Of a DNA stretch of 64,000 bases, positions 1 to 9,647 are shown piece after piece. Position 1 is the stretch's first letter, and the number at the start of each line of letters is the position of its first letter. A model generated the notes under the pieces. It saw nothing but the letters and a program-made list of their open reading frames with translations, was not told the DNA's origin and did not search any database. Made by a program: the position numbers and the translations under genes. Where the stretch lies: assembly GCA_003009755.1 (NCBI GenBank), contig PXUB01000038.1, forward strand, positions 32,001 through 96,000, written 5' to 3'. The stretch is from Thermoplasmatales archaeon SW_10_69_26 (GTDB lineage Archaea > Thermoplasmatota > SW-10-69-26).

Positions 1-1
1 C

Positions 2-316
2 GTGCTCGATGCCGGCGCGCGCGCCTACACGCTCCAGTTCCCGCTCGGCCGGCGCGTCTGGCTGAGCTGGCTGCGGCACTGGATCGCCGGCGGCCTGATG
101 GCCTACGTCGTCTACCGAGCCAGCCTGGCCATCGGCGAGGTGCGATGGTTCATCCTGCCGGCCTTGATCGCGCTCGGCGGCGTCGTCTACTTCGCCCTGC
201 TGTGGGTGTTCCGCGACTTCGGGAGGGACGACGCCATGGTGTTCTGGGCCGCCGTGCACCCCGGCGAGATGGCCTCCTACGTCAAGGACGAGGTCCTGCT
301 CGACGACGAGGACTGA
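2..316 (+). CDS. C-terminal part of a membrane protein, probably a polysaccharide flippase/exporter (partial)
   Basis: Hydrophobic helices running off the window start; next to sulfotransferase and glycosyltransferase genes. Confidence 0.5.
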   Translation: MLDAGARAYTLQFPLGRRVWLSWLRHWIAGGLMAYVVYRASLAIGEVRWFILPALIALGGVVYFALLWVFRDFGRDDAMVFWAAVHPGEMASYVKDEVLLDDED

Positions 317-317
317 C

Positions 318-1157
318 TCACGCCTGGAACCCGTAGTCGGCCAGGAACGGGTACCGGTCGAGGCGCTGCTCGATCTCCTCGACGACCTCCGCGTCCCACT
401 CGACCTCCTCCCGGCGGCGGTTGGGCTCGTCGTACACGAGCTCGGCACACGGCTCCAACCACTCGCTGGGCGCCTCCACGCCGAGGAACGACGCCATGTT
501 CGATAGCTCGCGGGCGGTGTGCTGGATCAGGTCCTCGTGGCGCACGTCCAGGTACTCCTCCTCGTCCATCTGCTCGCGCGCCCAGGCACACGTGTCGGCG
601 AGCCGGAAGTACAGCCGGGTTGCCGAGGCCAGCGAGATGTCCCCCACGCGCGCCATCGTCGTGATGTTGTCGAACGGGTTGCGGGTGACGTGCAGGGCCC
701 GGATCGGATCCTCCACGCGCTCGCGCAAGAGCTCGAGCTTGTCCTCGTCCTGGGCAAGCCAGTTGCTCGTGGCCGCACCCTCCTTGTCCCCGATCACCTC
801 GAGATCGGTCCAGGTGCCCTGCCAGGCGCCCTCGACGTCGTAGGAGTAGCCGGTCCACTCGCGGCCGCGGTCGGCGAACCAGCGATCGCGGTCGAGGATG
901 AGCGCGTAGATCTGTTCCCGGGCGAAGCCCGGCTTCAGGTACCGCAGGACGTTGAGCTCGTGGCTGATCACCGTGTTCGGGTGGGCGTTCAACAGCTGGC
1001 CGACGAGCGAGTGCCCGCTGCGAGGGTACCCGATGAAGAAGCAGAACGTCTCGATCCCGTCGAGCAGGGACCGCTTGCGGACCGCATCCCACCACGACGA
1101 GGCGTAGTCCGGCACGAGATCGTGCTTGCGACGGACGAGATCGATCAGACCGCCCAC
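318..1157 (-). CDS. Sulfotransferase family protein
   Basis: 5'-PSB-like motif FIGYPRSGHSL, 3'-PB-like VTRNPFD, VRHEDL. Confidence 0.8.
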   Translation of the reverse strand: MGGLIDLVRRKHDLVPDYASSWWDAVRKRSLLDGIETFCFFIGYPRSGHSLVGQLLNAHPNTVISHELNVLRYLKPGFAREQIYALILDRDRWFADRGREWTGYSYDVEGAWQGTWTDLEVIGDKEGAATSNWLAQDEDKLELLRERVEDPIRALHVTRNPFDNITTMARVGDISLASATRLYFRLADTCAWAREQMDEEEYLDVRHEDLIQHTARELSNMASFLGVEAPSEWLEPCAELVYDEPNRRREEVEWDAEVVEEIEQRLDRYPFLADYGFQA

Positions 1158-1255
1158 GGCGTGGTCGAACCGATGGCATAGCTTAGGCGTTTCGCAAACG
1201 CGCCGGCGCCAAGCCCGGGTGAGAACTGAAAACCTAAACCGGCGGGCCCGCGTCC

Positions 1256-2146
1256 GTGCCAGCGATGCCGGACCCGCCCGTCCCCCTCGACTTCATCGTG
1301 TTCGCGTCGCAGAAATCGGCATCGACGTGGTTCTGCCGCTGCCTCGACGAACACCCCGAGATCGCGATCGGGTACCCCTACGAGAAGCGGTTCCTGCGCG
1401 AACGGGAGGGGTGGGTCGAACGCGAGGAGAACCCGCAGTTCCTCGACGACTGGGAGGCCTACCGCGACCAGTTCCCGGACAAGGAGGACCACCAGCTGCG
1501 CGGCGACGGCGACGTCGAGCTGTACTACAACGAGTCCGGCCCCGACGTCGTCGAGAAGTTCTACCCCGACGTCAAGCTGATCGCGATCCTGCGCGACCCC
1601 GTGGCCCGGATCCGGTCCGAGTACGCCTACCGGGTGCGCGACCCCAAGGTCGAGGAAGGCACCCTCGAGGAGTACATCGACGAGAGCCTCACCATCGACC
1701 GATCCAGCTACGCCAAGCAGCTGGACCCCTGGTTCGACCGGTTCGGCGAGGACCAGATCCTCGGGCTCCCCTGGACCGAGCTCGGCGAGGAGGGCGAGGA
1801 CCTGCTCGAGGAGGCCTTCGCGTTCCTGGACGTCGATCCCAGCGTCGAACCGCCCTCGCTCACGGAGCGCGTCAACCCCCACCGGGAGAAACAGCCCTGG
1901 TTCCAGGCCTTGGAGTCGGTGGCCCGCGGCCTCCGCCGCCTCGGGCTGGGACCCTTGATGGATCTGGTGAACCGCGTCGGGGTCGGCCCAGCCGTGCGCG
2001 AGGTCGGCGACCCGCCGGCCGACAAGCCCGAGATGCCGCCCGAGATCGAGGCCGAGCTGCGCCGCGAGCTGGCCGACGACATCGACCAGCTCGAGACGAT
2101 GATCGGCAAGGACCTCAGCGCCTGGAAACCCGAGCCCGAGGCCTGA
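1256..2146 (+). CDS. Sulfotransferase family protein
   Basis: ASQKSASTW (PSB loop), LDEHPEI, ILRDPVARIRSEY. Confidence 0.8.
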   Translation: MPAMPDPPVPLDFIVFASQKSASTWFCRCLDEHPEIAIGYPYEKRFLREREGWVEREENPQFLDDWEAYRDQFPDKEDHQLRGDGDVELYYNESGPDVVEKFYPDVKLIAILRDPVARIRSEYAYRVRDPKVEEGTLEEYIDESLTIDRSSYAKQLDPWFDRFGEDQILGLPWTELGEEGEDLLEEAFAFLDVDPSVEPPSLTERVNPHREKQPWFQALESVARGLRRLGLGPLMDLVNRVGVGPAVREVGDPPADKPEMPPEIEAELRRELADDIDQLETMIGKDLSAWKPEPEA

Positions 2147-2155
2147 GCCGCAGGC

Positions 2156-3337
2156 CTACTCCTCGACGAGATCGAGGAACACGTCCTCGTAGCGCTCGGC
2201 GCTTGTGTCCCACGTGTACCCGGATTCCACCGTCTCCCGCAGCCGCTTGCGGTCGGGGTCCAGCTCGAGCCCCTCGCGGACGGCTTCCACGATGTCGTCG
2301 TCCACGACCGTGAACCCGAGCAGTTCCTCGGGTAGCCAGGGCCGACGGATCGCGGCCGGTGTCCCCTCCAACATCGCCTCCAACAGCACCATGCCGAAGG
2401 CCTCGGCCAACGAGGGCAGGCAGAACAGGTCGGCGGCCGCGTACAGCTGGTTGCGCTTGCGATCGGAAACCCACCCGTGCACGGTCACGCCCTCGCCCAG
2501 CGACCGCTCGTCGACGAGCGCCCGGAACCGGTCCAGGTCGGGCCCTTGCCCGGCGACGTGCACCTGGCAGTCCACCTGCTCGGCCACGTCGAGCAACGAC
2601 CCGATGCGCTTGCTTCGATCCATGCGGCCCAGGTAGAGGACGACGCGTTCCTCGGCCCCGATGCCGAGGCGCTCGCGGGCTTGGGCCTGCTCGACGGGCG
2701 GGAACTCCTCGGGGTCGACGCCGTTGGGGACGATCCTCAACCGCGGGTCGTCGTCGGGCACCGACGCCAGCATCGAGACGACCGTGTCACTGACTGGCAA
2801 GATCGCGTCCAGCTCGGCCAGCTGGCGGTTCTCCTTGCGGGTCCGACGCTGGATGTCCAACCACTGCAGCAACCGTCGGGGGTGGTAGCGGCCCTTCTCC
2901 TCGATGAGCTTCTCCCGCGAACCCCCCATGTAGTCGTGGTGGTAGGCGGTCCCGTGCACGGTCGCGGCGACCGGCGGGGCCTCCGGGTCGGCCAGGAACC
3001 CGGCCGCGTAGAAGCTCTGCACGTGGACGACGTCCGCGTCTAAGCCGTGCTCGCGCGCATGCTCGTGGGCGGCGGTATCGAAGAACCGCCACCAGTGGTA
3101 CGCCGGCAAGCCTCGGGCCCACCAGGGGACGTAGGCCATCTCGCGCACCTCGACCCCCTCGCGAGTGTAGACCTCGGCCTCGTGATCCATGGCGGTCGTG
3201 AGGATCGTGACCTCGTGGCCCCGCTCGTGCAGAGCCGTGGCTGTCTGCCAGGTCACCTCCTCCATCCCGCCGCGCACGTGCCAGGGGAGGGTGGGGGCGA
3301 CCGTCAGGATCGACAAGCTCCCCGGCGTGCGAGACAC
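2156..3337 (-). CDS. Glycosyltransferase family 4
   Basis: GGME, RGHEVTILT, VPNGVD, LPSLAEAFGMVLLEAM; GTG start chosen downstream of the TTTAAATA box. Confidence 0.88.
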   Translation of the reverse strand: MSRTPGSLSILTVAPTLPWHVRGGMEEVTWQTATALHERGHEVTILTTAMDHEAEVYTREGVEVREMAYVPWWARGLPAYHWWRFFDTAAHEHAREHGLDADVVHVQSFYAAGFLADPEAPPVAATVHGTAYHHDYMGGSREKLIEEKGRYHPRRLLQWLDIQRRTRKENRQLAELDAILPVSDTVVSMLASVPDDDPRLRIVPNGVDPEEFPPVEQAQARERLGIGAEERVVLYLGRMDRSKRIGSLLDVAEQVDCQVHVAGQGPDLDRFRALVDERSLGEGVTVHGWVSDRKRNQLYAAADLFCLPSLAEAFGMVLLEAMLEGTPAAIRRPWLPEELLGFTVVDDDIVEAVREGLELDPDRKRLRETVESGYTWDTSAERYEDVFLDLVEE

Positions 3338-3378
3338 GAAGCCGTCAGCCGCTGTGCGTTTAAATAGTTGCTTCGATT

Positions 3379-4356
3379 GTGACCGTCGTGGCACCGCCCG
3401 ACGTGTCGGTCGTCATCGTGGTGAAGGACGACCCTCGCGTGCTGGACTGCGTGGAGGCCGTGCTGGCCCAGTCGGCCCCGTTCAGCGCCGAGGTCGTCGT
3501 CGCCGTCGACGACGATCCCACCGACGACACGCCCGACCTGCTCGCCGACGCCTTCGGTGACGAGGATCGGGTGCGCGTGCTCGAGACCACCGGCAACGTC
3601 GCCGAGGCCTGGAACGCGGGCGCCCGCGCGGCGCGAGCCGACGTGATCGCCCGCATCGACTCCGACGCCGTCCCACTCGACGGGTGGCTGGCCGCGATCG
3701 CCCACCCCGTCCTCGACGGCGAGGTCGAGTGGTCGGCCGGCTCGGTGGAGGGCGTCCACACCGAGGGCCTGGTGGCCCGCTACTTCCACCACCGCACCGA
3801 AGCCTACTGCCGCCGCTTCGAGGACGAGCGCAACCTCCGCGACGAGGTGCCCTCCTGGAACGTCGCCTACGACCGAGCCACGCTCGAGGAGGCCGGCTGG
3901 TACGACCCCTGGCTGAGAGCCAGCGAGGACTGGGACCTCCACAAGCGCCTGGCCGACCTGGGCGCCCGCGGGATCTACGTCCCCGGGGCCCGGATCCGCC
4001 ACCACCATCCCGAGACGATGGGCACCTTCGCCCGCAAGGAAGCCTGGTACAAGACGGGCCAGTACCAGATGATGCTCAAGCACGGCCCCGCGACGGTCGC
4101 TGAAGCCCTCGTCCTCCCCGCCGCCTACGCAGGCGTGCTCGCCGTGCTCGCCGCCGGGGTTCTCGTCCCGGCGATGGCGGGCGCCGGGCTGGGGCTTTTG
4201 CTCCTCGTGGCCGCCTGGCACGCGGTCGGCGGCCTGCGCGAGGACGACCCCGCCTGGTACCTGCGTCCGCTGTTCCGCCCGATCGAGGCGCTGGCCGGCC
4301 TGTACGGGTTGGCGCGAGGGCTGCTCGTCTACGGCTTCACCCGGCCCTCGGGTTGA
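3379..4356 (+). CDS. Glycosyltransferase family 2 with C-terminal membrane helices
   Basis: VSVVIVV, IDSD, SEDWDL motifs. Confidence 0.88.
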   Translation: MTVVAPPDVSVVIVVKDDPRVLDCVEAVLAQSAPFSAEVVVAVDDDPTDDTPDLLADAFGDEDRVRVLETTGNVAEAWNAGARAARADVIARIDSDAVPLDGWLAAIAHPVLDGEVEWSAGSVEGVHTEGLVARYFHHRTEAYCRRFEDERNLRDEVPSWNVAYDRATLEEAGWYDPWLRASEDWDLHKRLADLGARGIYVPGARIRHHHPETMGTFARKEAWYKTGQYQMMLKHGPATVAEALVLPAAYAGVLAVLAAGVLVPAMAGAGLGLLLLVAAWHAVGGLREDDPAWYLRPLFRPIEALAGLYGLARGLLVYGFTRPSG

Positions 4357-4370
4357 CGCGGTCGGTGGGC

Positions 4371-5228
4371 CTACCTCTCGCGCGTGGAGACGAACTCCGC
4401 CAGGTCCAGCAACCGCTTTTTGCCCTCCGTCTCCGGGATCGGTGCCAACAGCTCGAAGGCGCGCTCGACGCGCTCCATCGCGATCTGGCGGGCCTCGTCG
4501 GCCCCGTCGCCGCCGAGGGCGCGGGCGAGGTTGGGCGCGCCGACGCGGGCATCGATCCCCATCGGCTTGCCCGTCTCGTCGTCGCCGGCCACGTCCAGCA
4601 CGTCGTCGACCGCCTGGAAGGCGACCCCGATCTGGACCCCGAAGCGACGGAACCGGTGCCGGATGTCCTCGTCGGCCTCGGCCAGCACGGCGCCGGTCGC
4701 GCAGGCTGTCCCCAGCAGGCTGGCCGTCTTCTCGCGGGCCACCTGTTCGGCCTCGTCGGGCTCCCAGTCGGGATCATCGTGCACCATCTCGCGGGCTTCC
4801 CCCACGATCATGTCCTGCACACCCTCCCGGGTGAGCTGGGCGACCTGCGGGCCCAGGTTCGAGCCCAGCCAGAACGCCTCGGTGAACAACGCGTCGCCGA
4901 GCAGCGTCGACAGCGGCTCGCCGATCAAAAGCGGCGCCGACAGCAGGCCCCGCCGGGTCTCGGCGTCGTCGAGGATGTCGTCGTGGACGAGGCTGGCGCA
5001 GTGGATGAGCTCGATCGAGGCGGCCGCGTCGACGACGTCCTGGCCGACGACCTCGCCGCCTGCGGCGTAGTAGGAGAGGAACAAAAGCCGCGGGCGCACG
5101 TACTTGCCGTCCGTCAGGAACTCGCTGAGCCACTCGTCGGGGATGCCAGGGATCTCGGGCCGGGTGTCGAGCAACCGCTCGCGGACGAGATCGGCTTCCC
5201 GTTCGCAGGGCAGCTCGATCCCCATCAC
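4371..5228 (-). CDS. Polyprenyl diphosphate synthase
   Basis: GKYVRP, HDDILDDAETRRG (FARM), DDVLD (SARM), GKPMGID. Confidence 0.9.
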   Translation of the reverse strand: MMGIELPCEREADLVRERLLDTRPEIPGIPDEWLSEFLTDGKYVRPRLLFLSYYAAGGEVVGQDVVDAAASIELIHCASLVHDDILDDAETRRGLLSAPLLIGEPLSTLLGDALFTEAFWLGSNLGPQVAQLTREGVQDMIVGEAREMVHDDPDWEPDEAEQVAREKTASLLGTACATGAVLAEADEDIRHRFRRFGVQIGVAFQAVDDVLDVAGDDETGKPMGIDARVGAPNLARALGGDGADEARQIAMERVERAFELLAPIPETEGKKRLLDLAEFVSTRER

Positions 5229-6721
5229 GCGACCCCCCGAGCGGCGATCCCGACGGCGACCAACAGGCCGGTCGTGGCGTGCAGCCCCAGCGCGGCGGCC
5301 TGGTAGGCCACCAACTCGTCGGCCTCACCCTCGGCCTCGCGCACGCCGCGGACGACGTGCACGGCCAAGGGCAGCGTCGCCAGCGCACCCAGCGCGGGCC
5401 ACGCCAGCCAGCCGGAGCCCACGAGGCCGACGATCGCGAGGTAGGCGAGCCCGAGCAGGCCCGCGATCGCCCACGGGGCGTGCTCGCCGACGCGGACGAC
5501 CAGCGTCCGCTTGCCGGTGCGCTCGTCCCAGGGGGCATCCGGCAGCTCGTTCACCGCCAGCAGCGCGGCCATCAACGCGCCCACAGGCACACCCACCAAG
5601 AGGGCTTGGGCCGACAGGCCCCCCACCTGGACGGCGTGGGCCCCGGCCACGATCAGCGGACCGAACACCAGGCCCGCAGCCAGCTCGCCCAGGCCGCGGT
5701 GGCTGAGCCGGAAGGGATCGCCCGAGTAGGCGTAGCCGAGCCCGACCCCGAGCACGCCCAACCCCAGCACCGACCCCCCGGTCGTGGCCGCCAACCACGA
5801 GCCCAGGACTCCGCCGAGGACGGCCAGGCCGACGGCGAGGGCCAGCACGCGTCGGGACCCCAGCAGGCCGCGCTGGATGACGCGCGAGCCGCCGGAGAAC
5901 GGGGTCGGCGTCAGGTTGGCCTCGTCCACGCCGCGGCGATGGTCGTACACGTCGTTCAGCAGGTTCGCCGACAGGTGCAAGGCGGCCGCCGCGCCGAGCG
6001 CGGCACCGGCTCGGAGCGTGTCCAGGCTCGCCTGAGCGAACGCCAAGGCGGTCCCGACGAGCACCGGCACGATCGTCGCCGTCAGGAACCGGGCACGGGT
6101 GGCCTCGGCGAGCACGGCCAGCGGGTTGGGCCGCTCGTGGGCGTCAACCGACCAGTCCACGAGCAGCCTGTCCCCGTCGACGGTGACCTCCACCTCGGCC
6201 CCGATCTGGTCGACGAAGGCCTCCAGCAGGCCGGCCTGGAAGGCCACCGGCAGCGAGCGATCGGGCCGCAAGCGGGCGCGGTGATCGTCGACGTGCTCGA
6301 TGGCCAGGTCCGTGTCCGGGAAGAACCACGGGACGACCTCGTCGACGGCCAGCTCGAGCATCCGGCGAGGCCGGCTCTCGAGGTGCTCGACGAGCGTCGT
6401 GTACATCGACGCCCACCGGTCCACGAAGCTGCGCCCGATGCGCGCCAGCCCTTGCTCGGGGTCCTCGGCGATCTCCTCCGCCAGCAGACCCAGGGCCTGG
6501 GTCCACGGCTCGGCCGGGACCGTCTCGTCCAGGCTCAACCGCTTGACGTCGGAGGGCCCGCCGGCCGTGACGACGAGCTGATCCCACGGATCCAAGCCCA
6601 GGCTGGGCCGGTGGTTGGCCAGCAAGATCTTCCAGGCTAGGGCACGGACGCTGCGATCGGTCCGGGGTCGGGTCGACGGGACGGCGGCCAGGGTCTCACC
6701 GCGGAGCCAGCCAGAGGACAC
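5225..6721 (-). CDS. menA: 1,4-dihydroxy-2-naphthoate prenyltransferase (MenA/UbiA family) with an extra soluble N-terminal domain; start uncertain
   Basis: NLLNDVYDHRRGVD, GGSRVIQRG, NELPDAPWDERTGKRTL and multiple TM helices; about 170 aa N-terminal extension; overlaps the polyprenyl synthase start by 4 nt. Confidence 0.8.
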   Translation of the reverse strand: MSSGWLRGETLAAVPSTRPRTDRSVRALAWKILLANHRPSLGLDPWDQLVVTAGGPSDVKRLSLDETVPAEPWTQALGLLAEEIAEDPEQGLARIGRSFVDRWASMYTTLVEHLESRPRRMLELAVDEVVPWFFPDTDLAIEHVDDHRARLRPDRSLPVAFQAGLLEAFVDQIGAEVEVTVDGDRLLVDWSVDAHERPNPLAVLAEATRARFLTATIVPVLVGTALAFAQASLDTLRAGAALGAAAALHLSANLLNDVYDHRRGVDEANLTPTPFSGGSRVIQRGLLGSRRVLALAVGLAVLGGVLGSWLAATTGGSVLGLGVLGVGLGYAYSGDPFRLSHRGLGELAAGLVFGPLIVAGAHAVQVGGLSAQALLVGVPVGALMAALLAVNELPDAPWDERTGKRTLVVRVGEHAPWAIAGLLGLAYLAIVGLVGSGWLAWPALGALATLPLAVHVVRGVREAEGEADELVAYQAAALGLHATTGLLVAVGIAARGVA

Positions 6722-6985
6722 GTTCCTTGAAAACGCTGTCCCCCCACCGCCACGCGCTGTAAGGATAAGAAATGGGGGGGGGACCACCAAGTACGCGAAG
6801 GGACGCCAGGAAACAAAGACGAGCAGCTGCCGTGACAACGCCGCCCGGCGGCGAGTCACAGGGCCTTCATGGCCTTGGCGCTCCTTCGTGTCCTTCGCGG
6901 CCCCTGCTTAACGAGACAGCCGGCCACCGCCACCACGGCCAGCGACCCCGAGGTTCTCAAGTAGGGCGAAGGGATACCCCTGCGC

Positions 6986-7804
6986 ATGGCCACGCTGACG
7001 TTCCTCGGGACCGGCGGGGGCCGGTTCTCGACGCTCTTCCAGACGCGAGCCACGGGAGGCGTCTACCTCGAGGACGGCCCAGCCCGCCTCCACATCGATC
7101 CAGGGCCCGGCGCCCTCCAGCAGCTGCACGAGGCCGGGCTCGACCCGACCGAGACCACCGGCGTCATGGTCAGCCACCGCCACCTCGATCACGCCAACGA
7201 CGCCAACACCGTGATCGCCGGCATGACGCAAGGCGGCACCGAGGAACGCGGCTACCTCGTCGGCTCCAAGAGCGTGATCGAAGGCCACGGCGACGAGGGC
7301 CCCGTCATCACGCGCCGCCACCGCGACCTCGTGACCGAGCACACGACCGCCCGCCCGGGCGAATCGGCCCGCGTCTCCGGTCGCCGGGTCCGGTTCCTCG
7401 ACACCGAGCACCGCGACCCCACCAACGTCGGGTTCGCGATCGAGACCAGCGAGGGCACGGTCACCTACTTCACCGACTCCGTCGCGCGCGAGGATCTGAT
7501 CGAGCAACTGCCGGGCGCCCGCGTCCTTCTGCTCGGCATCACCCGCCCGCGCGGCGCCGGCATCCCGGACCACATGTCGACCGAGGACGCCGTCGCCATC
7601 GCCGAACGCGTCCAGCCGGACCTGTTGGCCTTCACCCACCTCGGGCTCAAGCTGTTGCGCGGCGATCCCGAGGCCGAGGCCCGCTACGTGGAGGACGAGA
7701 CCGGCGTCCGCACGATCGCAGCCCGCGACCTGACCCGGCTCGAGATCGAGGACGCCATCACGGTCGCCCACCCCGAGACCCCGGAGATGGAGGCAAAAGG
7801 CTAA
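6986..7804 (+). CDS. Metallo-beta-lactamase fold hydrolase
   Basis: LTFLGTGGGR, IDPGPG, SHRHLDH. Confidence 0.88.
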   Translation: MATLTFLGTGGGRFSTLFQTRATGGVYLEDGPARLHIDPGPGALQQLHEAGLDPTETTGVMVSHRHLDHANDANTVIAGMTQGGTEERGYLVGSKSVIEGHGDEGPVITRRHRDLVTEHTTARPGESARVSGRRVRFLDTEHRDPTNVGFAIETSEGTVTYFTDSVAREDLIEQLPGARVLLLGITRPRGAGIPDHMSTEDAVAIAERVQPDLLAFTHLGLKLLRGDPEAEARYVEDETGVRTIAARDLTRLEIEDAITVAHPETPEMEAKG

Positions 7805-7881
7805 GAAGAGGAAGGGGATTCCCCGGCCCGTCCCGGCAAGAGTGCACGGCCTCGTGTGCGAGCCCGGGGAGCGTGACGTTC

Positions 7882-8244
7882 ATGCTCGAAGAGAAGACCA
7901 ACCCCCACCTCGTGGATACGGTGCTCGCGCTGAAGCAGGCCAGCAGCGAGCACGAGGCCCCCGTCTGGCGGGCCCTCGCCGAACAGCTCGAGAAACCCAG
8001 CCGCGTCCATCCGGACGTCAACGTCGGCGAGCTCCAACGCGTCGCCGACGATGACGCATCGATCGTCGCCGTGCCCGGCAAGGTGCTGGGCGGCGGGTAC
8101 CTCGACCGCGAATTGACCGTGGCCGCCTGGAACTTCTCCGGGTCGGCCGAGGACAAGATCGAGGACGCCGGCGGCTCCGTGCTCACGCTGTCCGACGCCC
8201 TCGACGAGAACCCCGATGGCGAGAACGTGCAGGTGGTGGGCTAG
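7882..8244 (+). CDS. rpl18e: 50S ribosomal protein L18e
   Basis: [29 protein letters not shown]. Confidence 0.95.
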   Translation: MLEEKTNPHLVDTVLALKQASSEHEAPVWRALAEQLEKPSRVHPDVNVGELQRVADDDASIVAVPGKVLGGGYLDRELTVAAWNFSGSAEDKIEDAGGSVLTLSDALDENPDGENVQVVG

Positions 8245-8664
8245 ATGACGAAGGTCTTCGACGCCGGCGGATGCGTCCTGGGCCGCCTTGCCTCCGAGCT
8301 CGCCCAACAGATCCTCCACGACGACGAGCCCGTCAAGGTCGTGAACGCCGAGCAGGCGATCGTGACCGGCGAGAAGAACGACGTGCTCGAGACGTACCGC
8401 AACAAGTACCACCGCGGTACCGAGCGCAAGGGTCCGCACTTCCCCCGCGCCCCCCACCGGCTCGTGAAGCGCACCGTGCGCGGCATGATCCCCTACGACC
8501 AGGCTCGCGGACGGAACGCCTACGAACGGTTGAAGTGCTACATCGGCGTTCCCGAGGACGTCGACGAGTCCGAGATCCAGTCCCTCGACGACGCCCAGCC
8601 CAAGTCCGTGCGCGAGCACGTGACCGTCGCGGAGATCTCCCGGGACCTCGGAGCGAAGGTGTGA
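8245..8664 (+). CDS. rpl13: 50S ribosomal protein L13
   Basis: [35 protein letters not shown]. Confidence 0.96.
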   Translation: MTKVFDAGGCVLGRLASELAQQILHDDEPVKVVNAEQAIVTGEKNDVLETYRNKYHRGTERKGPHFPRAPHRLVKRTVRGMIPYDQARGRNAYERLKCYIGVPEDVDESEIQSLDDAQPKSVREHVTVAEISRDLGAKV

Positions 8665-8669
8665 GTTCC

Positions 8670-9077
8670 ATGGCTGACGACGTTGTGAACACGAGCGGGA
8701 AACGCAAGGAAGCCGTCGCCCGGGCCACGGTCCGCCCCGGCGAGGGTCGCATCCGCATCAACAACCGACCGGTCGAGATCATGGAGCCGCGCGTCGCTCG
8801 CGACAAGATGCTCGAACCGCTGCGCGTCGCCGGTGTCGACCACCGCGACGACGTCGACATCAACGTGAGCGTCGAAGGCGGCGGGTTCATGGGCCAAGCC
8901 GACGCGGCCCGCACCGCGATCGCTCGCGGCCTCGTCGACTTCTTCGACGACCCCGAGCTGCAGCAGACCTTCCTGCGCTACGATCGATCGCTGCTCGTGA
9001 ACGACCCGCGCCGCAAGGAGCCCAAGCAGCCGATGGGTCCCGGTGCGCGCGCCAAGCGCCAGAAGTCCTACCGGTGA
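8670..9077 (+). CDS. rps9: 30S ribosomal protein S9
   Basis: [32 protein letters not shown]. Confidence 0.97.
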   Translation: MADDVVNTSGKRKEAVARATVRPGEGRIRINNRPVEIMEPRVARDKMLEPLRVAGVDHRDDVDINVSVEGGGFMGQADAARTAIARGLVDFFDDPELQQTFLRYDRSLLVNDPRRKEPKQPMGPGARAKRQKSYR

Positions 9078-9084
9078 TCGCACG

Positions 9085-9279
9085 ATGATCATCCCCGTCC
9101 GCTGCTTCTCGTGCGGCACGGTCATCGCCGACGCCTGGGAGGAGTACAAGGAACGCACCGACGCCGGCGAGAACCCCCAACAGGTCCTCGAAGACGTGGG
9201 CCTGGAACGGTACTGCTGCCGGCGCATGCTCCTCTCCCACCGCGAGACGATCGACGAAGTGCGTCAGTACAGCATCTGA
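9085..9279 (+). CDS. rpoN: DNA-directed RNA polymerase subunit N (Rpo10)
   Basis: [11 protein letters not shown]...[11 protein letters not shown]. Confidence 0.97.
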   Translation: MIIPVRCFSCGTVIADAWEEYKERTDAGENPQQVLEDVGLERYCCRRMLLSHRETIDEVRQYSI

Positions 9280-9283
9280 GGGA

Positions 9284-9468
9284 GCATCTGAGGTCGACTC
9301 CCGTCGGCAGGCTGGCCTGAGCGGTCACGCTGACTGCGTCGGTCGGCATCGAGGTACCGCAGGTATACCTCTGCTTCGACCTCCTGGTCAGCGACCGCTC
9401 AGGGCCTCGACGTTCCCTCGAACCAGCCTGCCTCGGTCCGCCGGACTCGGTCGCCGACGCTCAGATGC
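9284..9468. other. Long nested inverted-repeat (hairpin) element
   Basis: Arms 9284-9292/9460-9468, 9306-9315/9423-9432, 9316-9326/9393-9403 and 9329-9334/9387-9392 are reverse complements. Confidence 0.7.
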
Positions 9469-9574
9469 CGCAGCGGGCGGTGTGGACCGTGTCATCTATC
9501 GACCCGCACTGTCCCACCGGCGGGTCCGCCGTGGAGAGTAAGGCTAATGGGGAACCGGCCGTTCCCCGCCGCCA

Positions 9575-9647
9575 GGGCCCATAGGGTAACTTGGTATCCT
9601 TGCGCCTTTGGGTGGCGTTGATCCCCGTTCAAATCGGGGTGGGCCCA
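9575..9647 (+). tRNA. tRNA-Pro (TGG)
   Basis: GGGCCCA/TGGGCCC acceptor stem, anticodon arm GCGCC-TT-TGG-GT-GGCGT, TTCAAAT T-loop. Confidence 0.95.

Noticed and set aside
8242-8247. Genome-wide TAG recoding, suggested by rpl18e TAG-ATG rpl13 in frame and the amber at 37180
   Set aside because: TAG ends many conserved genes at their expected C-termini (pyrG, htpX, lpdA, gltX, trmJ, polyprenyl synthase), so it is a normal stop here
9284-9468. SRP (7S) RNA or RNase P RNA
   Set aside because: The minus strand has CCAGG...GAAGCAG but no GNRA-capped helix 8 or Alu domain; no GAGGAAAGTCC-type RNase P signature
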